Shown: positions 12,400 through 25,699 of the stretch, in pieces
Numbering within the stretch: the stretch's first letter is position 1
How the letters are laid out: each line of letters starts with the position of its first letter
Source: Raillietiella orientalis
Taxonomy: Eukaryota
Assembly (NCBI GenBank): GCA_036172245.1
Contig: JAYWIR010000001.1
Location: 7,316,001-7,380,000 of the forward strand
DNA length: 64,000 nt
Reading direction: 5' to 3'
The notes under the pieces: generated by a model
Told to the model about the DNA's origin: nothing
What the model saw: only the letters and a program-made list of their open reading frames with translations
Databases searched by the model: none
Program-made: the position numbers and the translations under genes

Positions 12400-15335
12400 C
12401 ATACGCCACATGGTGTCTGCTAGGCCAGAGTATTCACAGATTGGCTTCCCGGATCTTCAGGAGGCAAAAGGGAGTGGTGCATTTCACAACGTTCTTAATT
12501 CGCTCCAAAGACAGCTCTTCCTATCCAAGAGATATCCACTTCGTTTCACCTTGCGTGTTGTGCGTACTCCCCAATAACGTGCATTTCTTCTGTTTGCCTG
12601 AACCCTTTTGCAAGTTGTCTTAGTATCTTCCTCTGCAGAGGAGAGTTCAGTTGCGTGACCTTAAGACTGCCTTCAGTGTATTATCTACGTAAGGGAATAC
12701 TTAGAAGGAAGCTGCGATGAAAATCAAGCCCGATGGCAACTCTGCCCTTGACCTTCAGGTTTGCAGTTTGAGGTTCCGCAAGAAACTCTCCGTTGCGAAA
12801 GATGAATTTTCAGGGCCTCCTAACTGCAATGGAATCGCGGGAAAATCCACGAGAAAGAGCGGCTTCCGCGTCGCACGTCAGAGGTTTATCGAGATCGCCA
12901 TTTTGTATTTGCTCGGGGCAGACAGACAAACACAAGGCACGTGTGCAGAGGCGCTTCCTAGGTTACGAGGACATTCTTCTCAGACGATCTCAGTTCATCC
13001 TTCGGAAGACAGGAAAGGGGGCTGCAGGATGCGCGATGCATAAATTAGGTAGCACGAATGGGCAATTGGGATTGAGGGAACAGGTGGGAAATGAGGAGAG
13101 GCTTAATGGAAACGGTCAACAGAAGAGCTTTTTGGGATTAGGGATTTCTCGGTGGGTGAGGCGCGGTCGTGGTACATCCACGCCGCACCACGGAAGCATA
13201 GCATTTCGTCTTTTAATTGCTGCCGTGGAAGACGAATTGTCGCGCTGCGTTGTTCCTTGGTGGCTGCGTGCTTCAGGGCAGTGGCGGCGAACCTGTGGCA
13301 CATCAATGAGTAAAAGGGGGGGGGGGGAAATGAATTACAAAAACAATTTTTACTCGATTAGTTGGCATCAAAAATGCAACAAAAATCCTATTAATTATTA
13401 AGATATGTGTGTCAAGTTTCGAATCTTTACGAAGTTCTTCATGTTACTTTGGATTACTTTATCTTAACTTTCAAGTTATCTCATTAAAATTCTGCAATTT
13501 TCTGTTTTTTTTTTTTTTTTTTTCTCTTTTCAAAAACACTCCGGCAAGCCATCAGCATCTTGATAAATATCATTTGTAAATTTTTGGCCCGAACACATAA
13601 AAAAGGTTTGCCGCCACTGCTTTAGGGAAAAACCTACAAGGAATTGGAACGACGATAAGGGTTCCCCCCCCCCCTCCTCTCCCAAATGATTTCTGTCTGC
13701 TGAAGGAGTGACGCTGAGACAATGATTGTAACAAATAGCTGGATTCGCACCTTCATGGGTTGTAGATAGATCGGGAAACATTTTGCGACCTGACCACGAA
13801 GAGGAGGATGTCCGAGCAGTGGTCGCCCAACTCCTCCAAAGAGCTCGAGTTCATACAAAAGAAGCCATCCTTGCAGTCGGGTCAGGCATCTGTGAAAGTA
13901 GCAAGGCACACCCAACTGGGCCGTCCTTCGAGAGCTGAGCTCTCATGCAGCATCCAGGCTGGTACACCCATCTTCCCGTGGTGTGGGGGATCCTTCCTTT
14001 AGGGAGCAATGCGGAATTCGGGATGGTTTTCCTAGCGATTAATGACGAGGAGATGCTTGTTGGGTGCATTGTCGAAAGGATGACAGCATCACGTGTTACG
14101 TCATCGCACGCCAAAATTTTAGGTGAACTCCAGTTTTGAGAAGGGCCCGAGTTTATCGAATTTTTTATTCTTTTCGAAGTGATTATTGAGAAAGAATGTA
14201 AATTATCAGCATATGAAGGTCGTCCGATAAGTCTCTTCCTACACTGTTCCTTTCCCCACCTCCCTCCCCCATCCCAAAATACAGGGAAGGAGCTGAACTC
14301 TGCTCTCATGAGGTAGTTTTGCTCTTTTTGCGGCGCGTCTCCAGCTTTTGTGGCAGTCTCCAGCTTTTGCTAAGGTTCTCTGCCCCCTGGAAACCAAAGC
14401 CTACATTCCCTTTTGATAAAAGCTCCCGACATGGCCACGCGTTCGCATCCCATGAATTCGCCAGCATCCCTTAACTTCTTTTTCCACAAATTCTTCATTC
14501 ACATGTTCTTCAATGAACAGGTTCGATGAAAATCCTCGCTGGAGCTGTGACGGTGGACGGAGCAACATGGTCCAGCGTAGTTTTGCGCCTACTTCCCGTT
14601 TCTCCACGCCCTGGTGCGTGACATGGCTCCATCGTGCATCTTCTCTCAGGCCAACGCAAGCTTCCTTTTTGCAGGTTAGCGGCGTGTACTCCTTGATTCC
14701 TGACTGCAAGCAAAGACCAAAGGCGGAGGAACCTTTGCGGGATGTGGCAGGCGCTGATCGCTTGGCTGATCATCTCGTTTGGTTGTTCCCTTTTATTCCC
14801 TCTTTTGCGACGATCCCAGACCTCTTGTCCAGGGTCCGGCTGTGTTACCACCAACGATGCAGCTTCCCCAGAGATCTTTCTTTCAGGTCTTTACGAATAT
14901 TCTTCACAGTTTCCTCTTCAGTTGTGGAAACTCGATGGCAGCTCATGAGTTGTCTAAGTGCTACACCAAGGGCACTCGACAGGCATCAGAAAACTGTTGT
15001 CGAAGGGAGGATGCCCAAGAACCCAGAGTTCACCTGTTTGGGCAGCTCAAAACTGGAAGCTACTGAGTTGCCCCAGCTTCTGTGTTACCGTTTTTTCTTG
15101 CAGATCAATTTGACGACTCACTCTCACGGAGTTTCTCCTACTTGCGAATGTTACTCAAACTTCTCAGCTTCATCGAGACGATACGTTGAAACCCGTAAGT
15201 GTTGATGCTGCAGTTGCAGAATGCATGCGTTCCAATGAGAGAGTCGAAAGATTGCTGCCGAACTGCGACCCGTAATTGCTGGCTTGCGGACGCAGAACAC
15301 GATTCGTGTTGCAAACGTGATGTTCCATGATGCAC
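12400..15335 (-). mobile_element. Decayed L1/Tx1-like ORF2 (APE + RT)
   Basis: Ordered remnants: CASWNI (~15330), CIVGGN (cf. IVGGDFN), TLDHVAP (cf. SDH), NEEFVEKEVKGCW, DADGLPECF (cf. PDGLPxEFY, ~13540), YHDRAS, EECPR (cf. QGCP), PSGLIF. Many stops and frameshifts. Confidence 0.55.
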
Positions 15336-16021
15336 ACTCCGACTTTTCTCCTGCTCAGATGAAGGTGAAAAGGTGAGAGCCTGCAGCCTTCAAGCTGCGA
15401 GACTTTCTCTTATGAATATGAAAGCACTGTCGTACTCGGCATACACTTTATTTGCTATGGCACAAGTAATATTAATTTGCCTTTGGAAGTGTAATGCAAG
15501 AATTTCCAGCACACCATCCTGACTGGGGTTCTTTGGCTGCCCTCATCCATGAAGACCCCTTGATTTTCTCAGGAGTATGCGGCTTCCATGTGTTGATTTT
15601 CAGTGTTGTTTCTCCACATCTTAGTTTAAAGATTCATTTTATTGCCGTCACTACGAAATAACACCCCACTGCCTTTCTACTATAGACATTTGCCGTTTAG
15701 CAACAACGAACTTAATTGGGCTGCAGGCCTGAGATTTTATGGCATGAACACCAAATTCCAAGGTTTTGAAAATTTTTCGATGCACTCATTTAGACGTGTG
15801 GTTGGGTAGCAAGCCATCATTCCTCGATTTAGTTGCGTTAGTTTGATGCATGTGTGCATGGAGGTGATGTTATTTCCAAGTGTTTATATGTGAGGGTTTG
15901 CATGCAGACATATTTCACTGGCAGCTAGGGCTTATCGAAGAATTATTTTGGGCATGTGTTGATATTTATGTTGGATTTCAAAGCAGGTCTGTCGCGATGG
16001 TGTGATGTGTAAAGAAACGTG

Positions 16022-18720
16022 AATGCCTCCATTGGTTTCCCCTTAAAAGTAGGCATTTATTCGAGCTAGTAAGGTTCAAGATACCTCGGTAAGGAAGTAA
16101 TTCTTCTAGTGGGTAGCAGCACGCAGAAGGAGGATTCTCGTTTGCTCTAAGGTCAGGGTCGAGAATGATGACAAGACGACGAAAAAAGTGAGCGTTCTGT
16201 TCTCTGCGTGGCGGTAGCATGAGGTGGAAGGGGGAGGTTGCTTAGCGTACTGTAACTTTTCTTCCTTTTCCTTCAAAATTAGAAACAGTCTCTAAAAGTT
16301 CTTTCTTGTCCGCTGAACTGCTCATAAAGTTTTCAATCACGGCATTAAATTAGTACTATAAAATAATACAAAGTGTCACTTAATACCGTCTTTCATCCAT
16401 GCTATCAGTCAAGTGACCATTTGTTATGCTACCTTTCCACCGTGAAAATCCCGTAGCTGTTTGTCTATCACCGAGCAGATTCCATCTTCTATTGGTGAGC
16501 ACAAAATGTCGTGTTGAAATGTTTCAGGTAAGTTTTTGCCAAGCTTTTCACTTCATACGCAAAACATTCGTCTTCCCCTTTCTACAACCAACATGGCAAC
16601 CGAAAGAATATTCTGTAATTTCGAATGTTCCTCTACAGCTCGGGTTCCATAGAGTACCACTATTTGCTGTCGCCGTTGTACCTGCAAGGTTGGGAAGATT
16701 CCACTCGGTCAAACGAATTTTATTTCTAGGTCTTCGTCGTCACGGTGAATCCTCTGAAAGCGAGAGTAGCTCCGGATGCCCAGAACGATCTGCTTCGATA
16801 GGGTTAAGCTCTTTAAACTTCAGTGTACTCTACTTTTTCCAAGTTACGATTAGCGGGCGTACAAACACGCACCAATGCATCCAAAATTTATCAGATAAAT
16901 TCTCGGTACAATGCAGAGTGATTTCAAAACAGCTATGTGTCTGTAATGTATCTTTTTCAGAGCCTGGGAAAATAACTCATGTTTCACTGATGTCAATTAC
17001 TGTTTTTTTTTTGGGAGGGGGGGGGGGGATTTCTACCTCTGACGCTACAGTGGTGCAAAAGAAGAAACAACGCGTCATGTTAGAGCAAATGGTAGACTCG
17101 ACAGATTTTTCTTGAGATTTCTTCATGCCAGGTCTCCTAGCAGATGTTCTGTCGGGGAGGGATTTGGGATTCGAGTGGCCTTGTTTTCGAGTCTGGATGT
17201 TGAAAAGTGTCAGATCCACGAAAGTGGTAGTAGAAAAGCGGTAAAGGAAAACGAGAAGCAGAATAGGATCGAAAATTTGGTAGTTCCACAGTTCTTAGAA
17301 ATGAGCATATCCTTCCTACTGCCGAGTGTTTGCCAGAACCGGCAAGAAGAAAAGTTGGTGAAGAGGGCTTCTACTTAAGGCCGCAGACGTTCTCCTACTC
17401 TTCAAGGTGTCTGGAGTTCCAAGGATCTACATATGCTCGGATCTAATCTTGCATGCTGCTCAAGGCTCCAGTCCCCAGATGGGAACTGCGTTTCACACGG
17501 ATGGAAAAGAATAAGAAAAATCTGCTAAAACCTTGGCATTGTGAAGCTCGTTTTGGAATGCAGACTAGAGAGCGTTTTGTTCTCTGCATGCGTATCAAGA
17601 AAGTTCATTTTATGATTTTTCTTTTTGGCAGAGGAATACTTTTTTTTTTTTTTTTATTGGGAAAGCTTTATAAAATCATTCTCGAAAGGAATCCCATTGG
17701 GATCATGCATCAGCTGCATACTGATGTCTGTGAACTTCCAAACCAACACTGCGGCATTAGAGGGATCCAGCGGTCTGCTTTCTTGGTTTTTCAGTCCACC
17801 CTTTTCCAGTTGGAGTTGTAATAAAACTGTGATCTTTTCTTCGTATGCCCTCTGGATGGAAACCCAACAGGTCTCTCCATTCCTCATGAGCGAATTCCAA
17901 TTCATCGGCAGTCAACATGCTGATGTCGTTACCCAGGGACGAAATTGTCTCAGTGTCCTCATTTGGGAAAAGACGGTTACCTAATTTTATTCTCTGCCAT
18001 ACGGATCGTCTTGACTGGATGATTCGCTTGTGGCCATGACGACCTCGGTGGAGGTGGTTCATTATGGCCACAAGTGGGTTTGGGTTATTTGCTCCGCTGG
18101 GTTTGAGGACTTACATCCTAAATGGGCGAATTTCGTGGCAAGGTGTGCACACGGGATGTGGCAAGAGACGGACCGCAGCCGTTCTGGCGCCCACCCATTG
18201 GTCGTCTGGTCGGCCTGGTATCAACCGGCATTCCGATGCCTTTCCCTGTAACTTAGTGCCACGGAGACACCTTCAAGCTTCCGTATCTGCGGAGCCATCG
18301 TAATGCCTTATGGCACTGTCATGATTAGCTGTGGGAAAAGAATCAATTGCAACTGCGTCTCGTGCCCACGCGGAAGCAAAGTTCGCGCGTCGCCTGGATA
18401 CGCGGACGTCTTCGAAGCGTTTCGCAGACCACACTTTTCAAACTGTTGTTGTCAACAGCAACCGTTCCATCGTCCAGAGCGAGTTGCACCTTCAGCTGCG
18501 TACACTTTCGTGTTTGCGCGCTCTGCTCTCGGCCTGCCAAAGAACGAGGATGCGTTTCCTTCCGTGTTTGATGAGTACCCCCGGGGGCCACAAAGTACTA
18601 TCAAGCGTTCGTTACCGTCGCTTCCGTATTCTAGTGGAAGTCTTCTATCGAACGCGCTTTCTACGGAGGGTTCCCATTTCCTATCCCTCACTCGGTGGCT
18701 TTCCTTGCTAGGCGTTTCCG
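16022..18720 (-). mobile_element. Decayed L1/Tx1-like LINE, RT to 3' end (interrupted around 16230-17040)
   Basis: ESAFDR (~18650), QLALDDGTV (cf. YADD, ~18470), KFAHLG, SRRSVWQRIKL, LEKGGL, CRFW zinc-finger remnant, and a terminal AATAAA-TGCCT..AGGCA at 16061-16024. Confidence 0.55.
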
Positions 18721-19169
18721 TGGCATGTTTGAGTGTCACGTATTGGGTGGTCGGTGCTGCCACGATTGGGGGGAGGGGGGGTATGGGGACTTGCCGGGTT
18801 AGAGGGGTTGCTTCAGCACCGAGTCCCCGTGGACGGGAAGGGTGGATGCTGGAGAGATGCAGCTTGCCTCGCGAACCGTGGGCCGTGCAGCCGGGCACTT
18901 GGGGATCTGCGGTTATGAATGAAAGTGTTTTCTTCTGGGGGTATGCCCAGTGCAATGGTCTTTGTTCTTTGAAGGAAGGAAGGGTTTGTGAAGATTACGT
19001 TTGCGCCGGATGTCCCTTTTTGCGTGTTGTAGACCGTGCATAAAAAATAATCCTCAGCATGAATTCTCTCTGTTGTTTTTATAGCCTTGCCGAAATTGTG
19101 CTCTCCATGAATGCAAATCGTGCGATTTATCCGTTTGAAATTCAACTCCTGATGTTGTGATACGTCATT

Positions 19170-22100
19170 ATGTCAGCATTCAAGGTAAGAATCTAATTTT
19201 TTTTTTTTTTTAGCATACTTTCAATATAAGTTGAATTGTCGGAGTGCAAGTACTTACATCTGAATTTATGTTCACAAGTGTTTTCTCTTTTGTATTGGAA
19301 AGCTTCGGTAGATTTTGTTTGAAAGAGGTTTCATCAGGGTGAATTGATGCATAACTGTCATAACGGAAACGGCGATTGCGAATATTGTAAATTAGATGTA
19401 TTTTTTCTGAGATTCCATTGATTTAAAATTTTACTATTTTGCAACCCTTCTAATTTTATGAGTACATGTGTGTCTTTGTAGAACATTTGTAGAAATCTTT
19501 TGACAACAACAATCAAACGATTGAAGACCGATGACCTAGCTTGCTTTCATTCATCTAGTTGGAATAATTTGCCACTTATTCCCATCGTTATAGAACAAAC
19601 TGGAAGGGGTGAACGAGCTTATGATATATACTCCAGACTTCTAAAAGAAAGAATTGTGTGTTTGATGGGCCCAGTAGGTAGAACAACTTGTTTTTTTATT
19701 AATAGTACATAGCATAATCACATTAACTTATCTGATAGATATCATATGTTCAGAAAACTTGGATTCTTTATGACCATTTGCAAGTTTGCCATTATGCCTT
19801 TATATTTTGCAGATTCATGATGAATTGGCCAGTGTAATTATTGCTCAGTTATTGTTTCTTCAGTCAGAAAGCAATAAAAAAACCATCCACATGTATATAA
19901 ATAGGTAATATTAAAAATGGAAAACTCAGTTTCAAAGATTATCCCTGTGGTAGTCCAGGTGGCAGTGTTACAGCTGGTTTGGGTATATATGACACAATGC
20001 AATATGTGTTACCAGATATTGCTACATGGTGTGTTGGTCAGTGTTGCAGCATGGCATCTCTAATTTTAGCAGCTGGAACATTTGGAATGCGGTACTCGCT
20101 TCCAAATTCCAGAATTATGGTTCACCAGCCATCAGGATCCACCCATGTAAGTACATCATAATATTTAATTTTGAGTGTCACATAAGTTCTGCATGCATGC
20201 ATCATGACAAATTCTTTCTGTGGAACCTTTATTATTTTTCTTTCAGTGAGTTGAACTAATTAGAAGTTACGATTTTTATTCTTTTTAGTTAGAAAGTTGA
20301 TGATAGTGATTAGCCATTTTCTTGAGTCAATAAGTATCATTTTAGCCCTCACTGATAGATTGTTAGATAGTACATTTTCTTTGGTTACTTCAATGTGCAA
20401 AGCTTATTCTGTCACACAATTGTGTTACACAATTTACACATTATTAATTTTCTGTTTTGTTTATTTACCTCTTTTTGTACTTCACCTCATGCTTTTCATT
20501 TAAACACTCAGATTTGCCCCTGGTTTTTCCAAATTTTGTGGTCTTAGATGAAATACTGTTTTAGTCATGTTTCTAGTTCTTAGTTTTGGGAATTTGCTTT
20601 CGAAATCCAGTTTTTTTTTTTGAAACAGTTTTGTCTGTAATATGTGAAATGAATGAATATTTCTTTCAAAGATACACTGTTTGATATAATAAAAGTTATG
20701 TACCCTCGTAATGTCTTCATTAGTTTCCATATTTCTTGTTGAATGTATACAGGAATTTTCCATATGATTAATTTTTGGTTACCGAATTTTCTTTCCTGTG
20801 GAGCTTTCTCAGATTTTTACATTCAAACATGTCTTCATTATTAAGCAGTTCTCAATACCAGCAGTTGTATTTCTATATTTCTTGTCGTTCAGTAAGTAAA
20901 GCATCCAAAAATTTTTTCAGGAATTTGAAAGAAAAAAAAGTTGAGGTTACATATATTCAATTAATATGGTTTAATCTTAATGTTAAGTAAGATTGATCAC
21001 ATAAATTGGCTGCAAACATTGTTTTAAGCTAGTAAAAAAGAATTTAAACCATAACTTCGTTAGCAGGGGATGGATTTTTTGCCATGAAAACTAAAGAAGG
21101 ATGTTTTAATTTTGTGTTTCAGAAGCATTGTTTTGTAAGATTATATGATGACTGTATGAAAGTTGGAGGTTTCCAAAAAAAAAATATAAAAGTGGAATTG
21201 ATGCTTCAGATTCCAAAAAACTCATTTGAAATTGAAATGATGGAAGTTTGATTGTGAAAGCTTTAATCATTAGTTCATTGAATTTGAATCTGTTTAAGAG
21301 CTAAATATGGATACAGTCATGTTTTCTCACATGAACAAATAAAATCTGCTGTTTTACAATAAAAAAAATTGGGAAAAATTTCAACTGTCTCTACAGTTCA
21401 TGAAATTTTTCTCAATTTTTCTTTCAAGATTGTAATGTACAGAGCCATGCAGATCTGTATGTAAATTGATGAGTAGAAAGTGTGTGCTTGCTGTTTTTGC
21501 TATGATTATTCTACATTGGTTAATCTCAGCATGCTCAGTTTTTAAATGTTTTTAGTAGTTGGTGCAATAGTATTGTATCTTAATACTTCTATTGTATCCT
21601 CATAGTGGGTATATGTTTGTCTCATCTTTCAAATATTTTTATCTCTTACTTTCAAAAGGATGTATTGCTTTGTTCAGTGTGTTGCTGCCTATACTGTGGT
21701 CATTGCCAGAGTGACATACTTTAATGCAGGAAGTATGCTTTTCATTTTTTTTTTTTGAGGTAATTAAGAATTCGATTTAAATATCGCTTTTCGGTTTGAA
21801 ATTCTGATTGCAACAGATGCAGGTCATGTCTGCCTCTCTGTCTTTTCAATAAATTTTTGCTATATAATGATGAAATGGGGCAGTAGATAGATCCCCTAAA
21901 ATTATTCAGAAAAACCAAACTAAGTCGTTTATTTTTCCCTGTGCTCGCTTTACTTGCGATTTTGAATATCAGTAATCGCAGTTTCCTCTCAGTAAAGCTT
22001 AAGGAGTGGCTTTAAATTAGTTAATCTCTGGTAACGATTAAAATGGCTTAAACAAATGCAATTTAATCACATTTCTACGTGCCTGTAATTTTCTAGGTCA

Positions 22101-22891
22101 CTCAAATAGTCCCGCAATACCACCACTGTATCGAAATGCAATGGAATTGCATTTCCACATAGTGTTTTCACTTCAATTGAGTTGCGTTTCACAGCATCGC
22201 AGAAGTGTAAAATGGTTTCTATGTATGGTGTGTGTGTGTGTGCATCTGAATTTCGTTTCCGTGGTTCCTGCAAAACCATTTCATGTTAACCGTTACATTA
22301 GAAGAAGAAGAAAATCGCTGCTTTGTTGAAAATAAGTCTTTTGCTTTCCCTTTTGAGCCTCAAGCTGCTGTTTGCAGGAAAGCTATATCTTAACCATGCC
22401 TGCCCTGACGTAGGAGTCCATTTGGTGTGTTTTTGTTCATAGGTGCACGGTGGCGGTTCAGACGCTGCCACTGCCATTGCATCCGTATCAGTCAAGTGCA
22501 AGGTGCTCGGATTGGTATATGAGCATTTCATAAAATCAAGTGGTTATTTGCATCCTTCCAGATACAGGTTTTGCAAACGTGTTTTTTTCCCCACTTTCAG
22601 GGTCAAGCGACCGATATCCAGATCCATGCCGAGGAAATAATCAAACTGAAAAGGCAGCTTAATTCACTGTTTGTGAAGCACACGAATCAGAAATACGAAG
22701 TGATCGGTAAGTCGTGTGTTTTCCCCGTTGGACCTTCCCGTCGCCTTCCAGAGGAGACCATGGAGCGGGACCGCTTCATGAGTCCAGAAGAAGCCCAGAA
22801 ATTCGGCATCGTGGACCACATCATGGAGAAGCCTCCCGTGATACCATCGCCGGAAAAAACCTGGGATGGCATCACCAGAGATGCAGCATGA
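19170..22891 (+). CDS. CLPP: Mitochondrial ATP-dependent Clp protease proteolytic subunit, 245 aa; exons join(19170-19184,19482-19673,19813-19904,19954-20146,22601-22706,22752-22891)
   Basis: [50 protein letters not shown], catalytic Ser (GQCCSMA), His (MVHQP) and Asp (MERDRFM) are all present. GT..AG introns are in phase. The 5-codon first exon (MSAFK|GTAAGA) is the least certain part. Confidence 0.95.
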
Positions 22892-22897
22892 GTTCCA

Positions 22898-22903
22898 AAT
22901 AAA
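22898..22903 (+). terminator. Candidate ClpP polyadenylation signal
   Basis: AATAAA 6 nt after the stop codon, followed by GT-rich sequence. An alternative AATAAA lies near 23386. Confidence 0.45.
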
Positions 22904-23098
22904 TTCCAGAAGCCCGGACGCGGTCGCGTTTTTGTTCTGCGTGTTGTCGTGGTCGCTTATCAGGATAATTCGAATCTTCGAAGGGACAGCGCGTGCAATC
23001 TGATTCACGGGTTTCAAACTTTCGGTCGTTTTTATGTACGACCTGAAGCCCCCCCTCCCACGGTACAAAAAGTCGTAATTCTTTGTGGAAAAAAAAAA

Positions 23099-23146
<48 letters not shown>
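23099..23146. repeat. Compound (TA)n/(TG)n microsatellite downstream of ClpP
   Basis: Read directly from the sequence. Confidence 0.9.
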
Positions 23147-23829
23147 TTTTTTCCCTTCCCCCTCCCCCCCCCCGAACTCCGGGCACGTTTTTCGAGATTA
23201 TAATTTACGTGGAAAGTGTCATATCGCGAGTCCCTGGAAAGTCGCAAATTGGACGGACAGAAGTTGGAGCGTGGCAAATTCGGTGTCTGGTTTCCTGTTT
23301 TGAATTGGTTTGGACTGCTAAACGAAATCTAATAATAGTCACATCGATAATGGGGATTGAAAGTAGGATAGAGGTAGTAGGATTCAATAAATGCATTCTT
23401 GATGGATGTTTCAGGCGCATAGAATCGTATCGCTCTCCCCAATAAATCCGTTTGCGCGCACTGCTCCTGGCGCTGATACCGCCGTAATGTCTTGCAGTCT
23501 AACGAATGGTGAAATCCATTTAGGCGACAAAGGGGTGTGCAGAGTTCTGGCAGGCATTTGCTCGAGCAGCAGTGCGGTGCGACGACCAGGAACCGTTTCC
23601 AGCATCAGAATTCCCTTATCCTCTCTCCGAAGCGGAGGCAGCCGTGGCAGCACGCTTTGGCACCTTGGGAAACACCCGAGAAAGTCGAGCTGCAAAGGAA
23701 AGAACATGCAAATAATCGATGCCGTTGCTATTCCCGGCGGGGTTTCGGAAGAGGGCAATGCAAGAATGCATGCATTCATGGTTTGAGGTTGTCCCTGTTG
23801 CCCGGCCATGGTGCGGGATCCTGGATCTC

Positions 23830-24300
23830 GTCGCCCCTTGAGCGAAGGGAAAACGGCTGCCGGATTCTTGTCGAAGAATTCGTTTACCTGTCCGAGGCAT
23901 CAGGTTTATGGGGACCGACAGCGAGTGGTCGGTTCCGTGACTTGGGAGACCTGTACGATTAAGGACTGAGGCATGGACTGGGGGCAAAGAGAAGGGCAGG
24001 AGAGGACCAAGATGCTTGCTGCACATCGGGTTCTTTTCCCGCCTGAGTGCATTAGCTGCCCACTCTCCTGGAATAGCTTTCGGAAAAGGGTGGTATACTT
24101 GACTTTGGAGAGCCGGAAGCGAGTTACTCCCCGTGAATTTCTCCCAATGGAGTGGAGGGTGCAGCCGGTGTGCCACCTTCCGTGGTGAGTGGATCGGGGA
24201 AACTGCCAGGGGCCGTGCAGCCGTTTTCTTGGAAGGAAGTATGTCGGTTCACCTCCCGAGAGTTGCCTGAGACGGCGGTGGTGCTCGGTAAAGCCGGCGG
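23830..24300 (-). mobile_element. Decayed APE endonuclease fragment (L1/Tx1-like)
   Basis: FL/QEN (cf. FLQET), WHTGCTLHSIGRNSRGV (cf. SHGxxNSRGV), LFAP (cf. VYAP), NEFFDK, RGD, read across frameshifts. Confidence 0.5.
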
Positions 24301-25699
24301 GAATCGAAAGTTCGTGCGGAGGTTTGGTGGTTGCTTCGGAAGCGCCTACGGATGTGACGGGAGATCGCTGGGCAGTCCGAGGGTCCTCGCAGTTACCACT
24401 GTCTGCTTCCTGCGCGTCGTGGGGCGACTCACGAATGCGCTGGACCTCACCACGGGGGACAGTTCCGTTCACCACGCAAAGAGCTTCCTGACGAATGCGC
24501 GTGGAGAGAGGAGGAGCCGGAAGCAGCCTCCAGCGGCCGCCACCGGACGACAGGCGAAACATGAAATTTCAGGGGGAAGGAACACGAAACGTTTAATCCC
24601 TTGATCAATGAGACGAGATGAATCTCTGGGGAGGATGGCCAGTGATCAAACGCAAAGGCCGCATGATCGATTGAGCTAAGGGAGGAATTTTTTTTTCAGG
24701 AAAATTCGATGGCTTGACGTTCCCTTTTTAAAACAATGACGACGACTACAACAACTCAAAACAAAAAAAGAAATAACGTGCGACGCACGTGCGATTTGGG
24801 AACAAAGAGCGGGTGACGGCAAGGGGTGTCCATCTGAATCCATCCAGACGGCTTTGTCATTCACATCGTGCGTGACGAGGAAGAATTCGACTCGCGAAGG
24901 ACAGAGTGGCACCGCACCGTCCTCTCCCCCTTTTGCCGCGTTATCTGCTCCATCCATCCTTTCTGGCGCTCTCCTCTCTAATCTGGGAAACTGCCGGCCC
25001 ACGACTGGAATTCCGCGCCGGATTGCCGTATCTGCGAACGAATCTGCGTCGGCAAATCGTCATCGGCGCCTTCTTTTTGGTCACCGCCCGGCGATCGGCT
25101 TGCGTCCCGGAGCCTTGATCCATGCCGGGATGCCCTTCGGGATGGGAGGGGAATGCGGCAATTTTGCGTCCTCTTCTTCTTCAACTCCTCCCCGTTTCCC
25201 CTAGGGAGACAGGCTCTGCTGGGTCGAGCGATTCGCATGCCCTCCAGGTGCATGGCCGGAAGAGGAGTTTCCCGCCCGCGTGAGTGCGTCTGTCTGTGTG
25301 TGTGTGTGCACCGGGAAAGGAAACTCGGTCCTGGCACGCGGGACGCGTGCAGAGTCGGGATCTCGGGGGAGGTCGAGAAGCCTTGCGTCTCCCTCTCTCG
25401 CAAGCTGCGCCTTATCGCCAACATCGGTACCGAGAGACGGCTGGGGATTCAGGGGAGGAGTACCGCGCAAGCGCCACCTCTGTCTCCATGGAGTCCTGCT
25501 TTCCACCCGTCCACGCCCAGGACCAACAACAAACAGTAGGCTTGCAGTGAAGTGGAGAGTAAGCTCCCAAAGGGACGGTAGAAGCAAAAAATAAAAATAA
25601 AAATTGGGGAAGGAGAAGGAGCGAGGACCTTAAGATTCGGGGGGCTGGGAGGCGAGCGTCCCTTGTTCTCGGGGTCAGCTGAGGCTACCTCGTCGCTCT

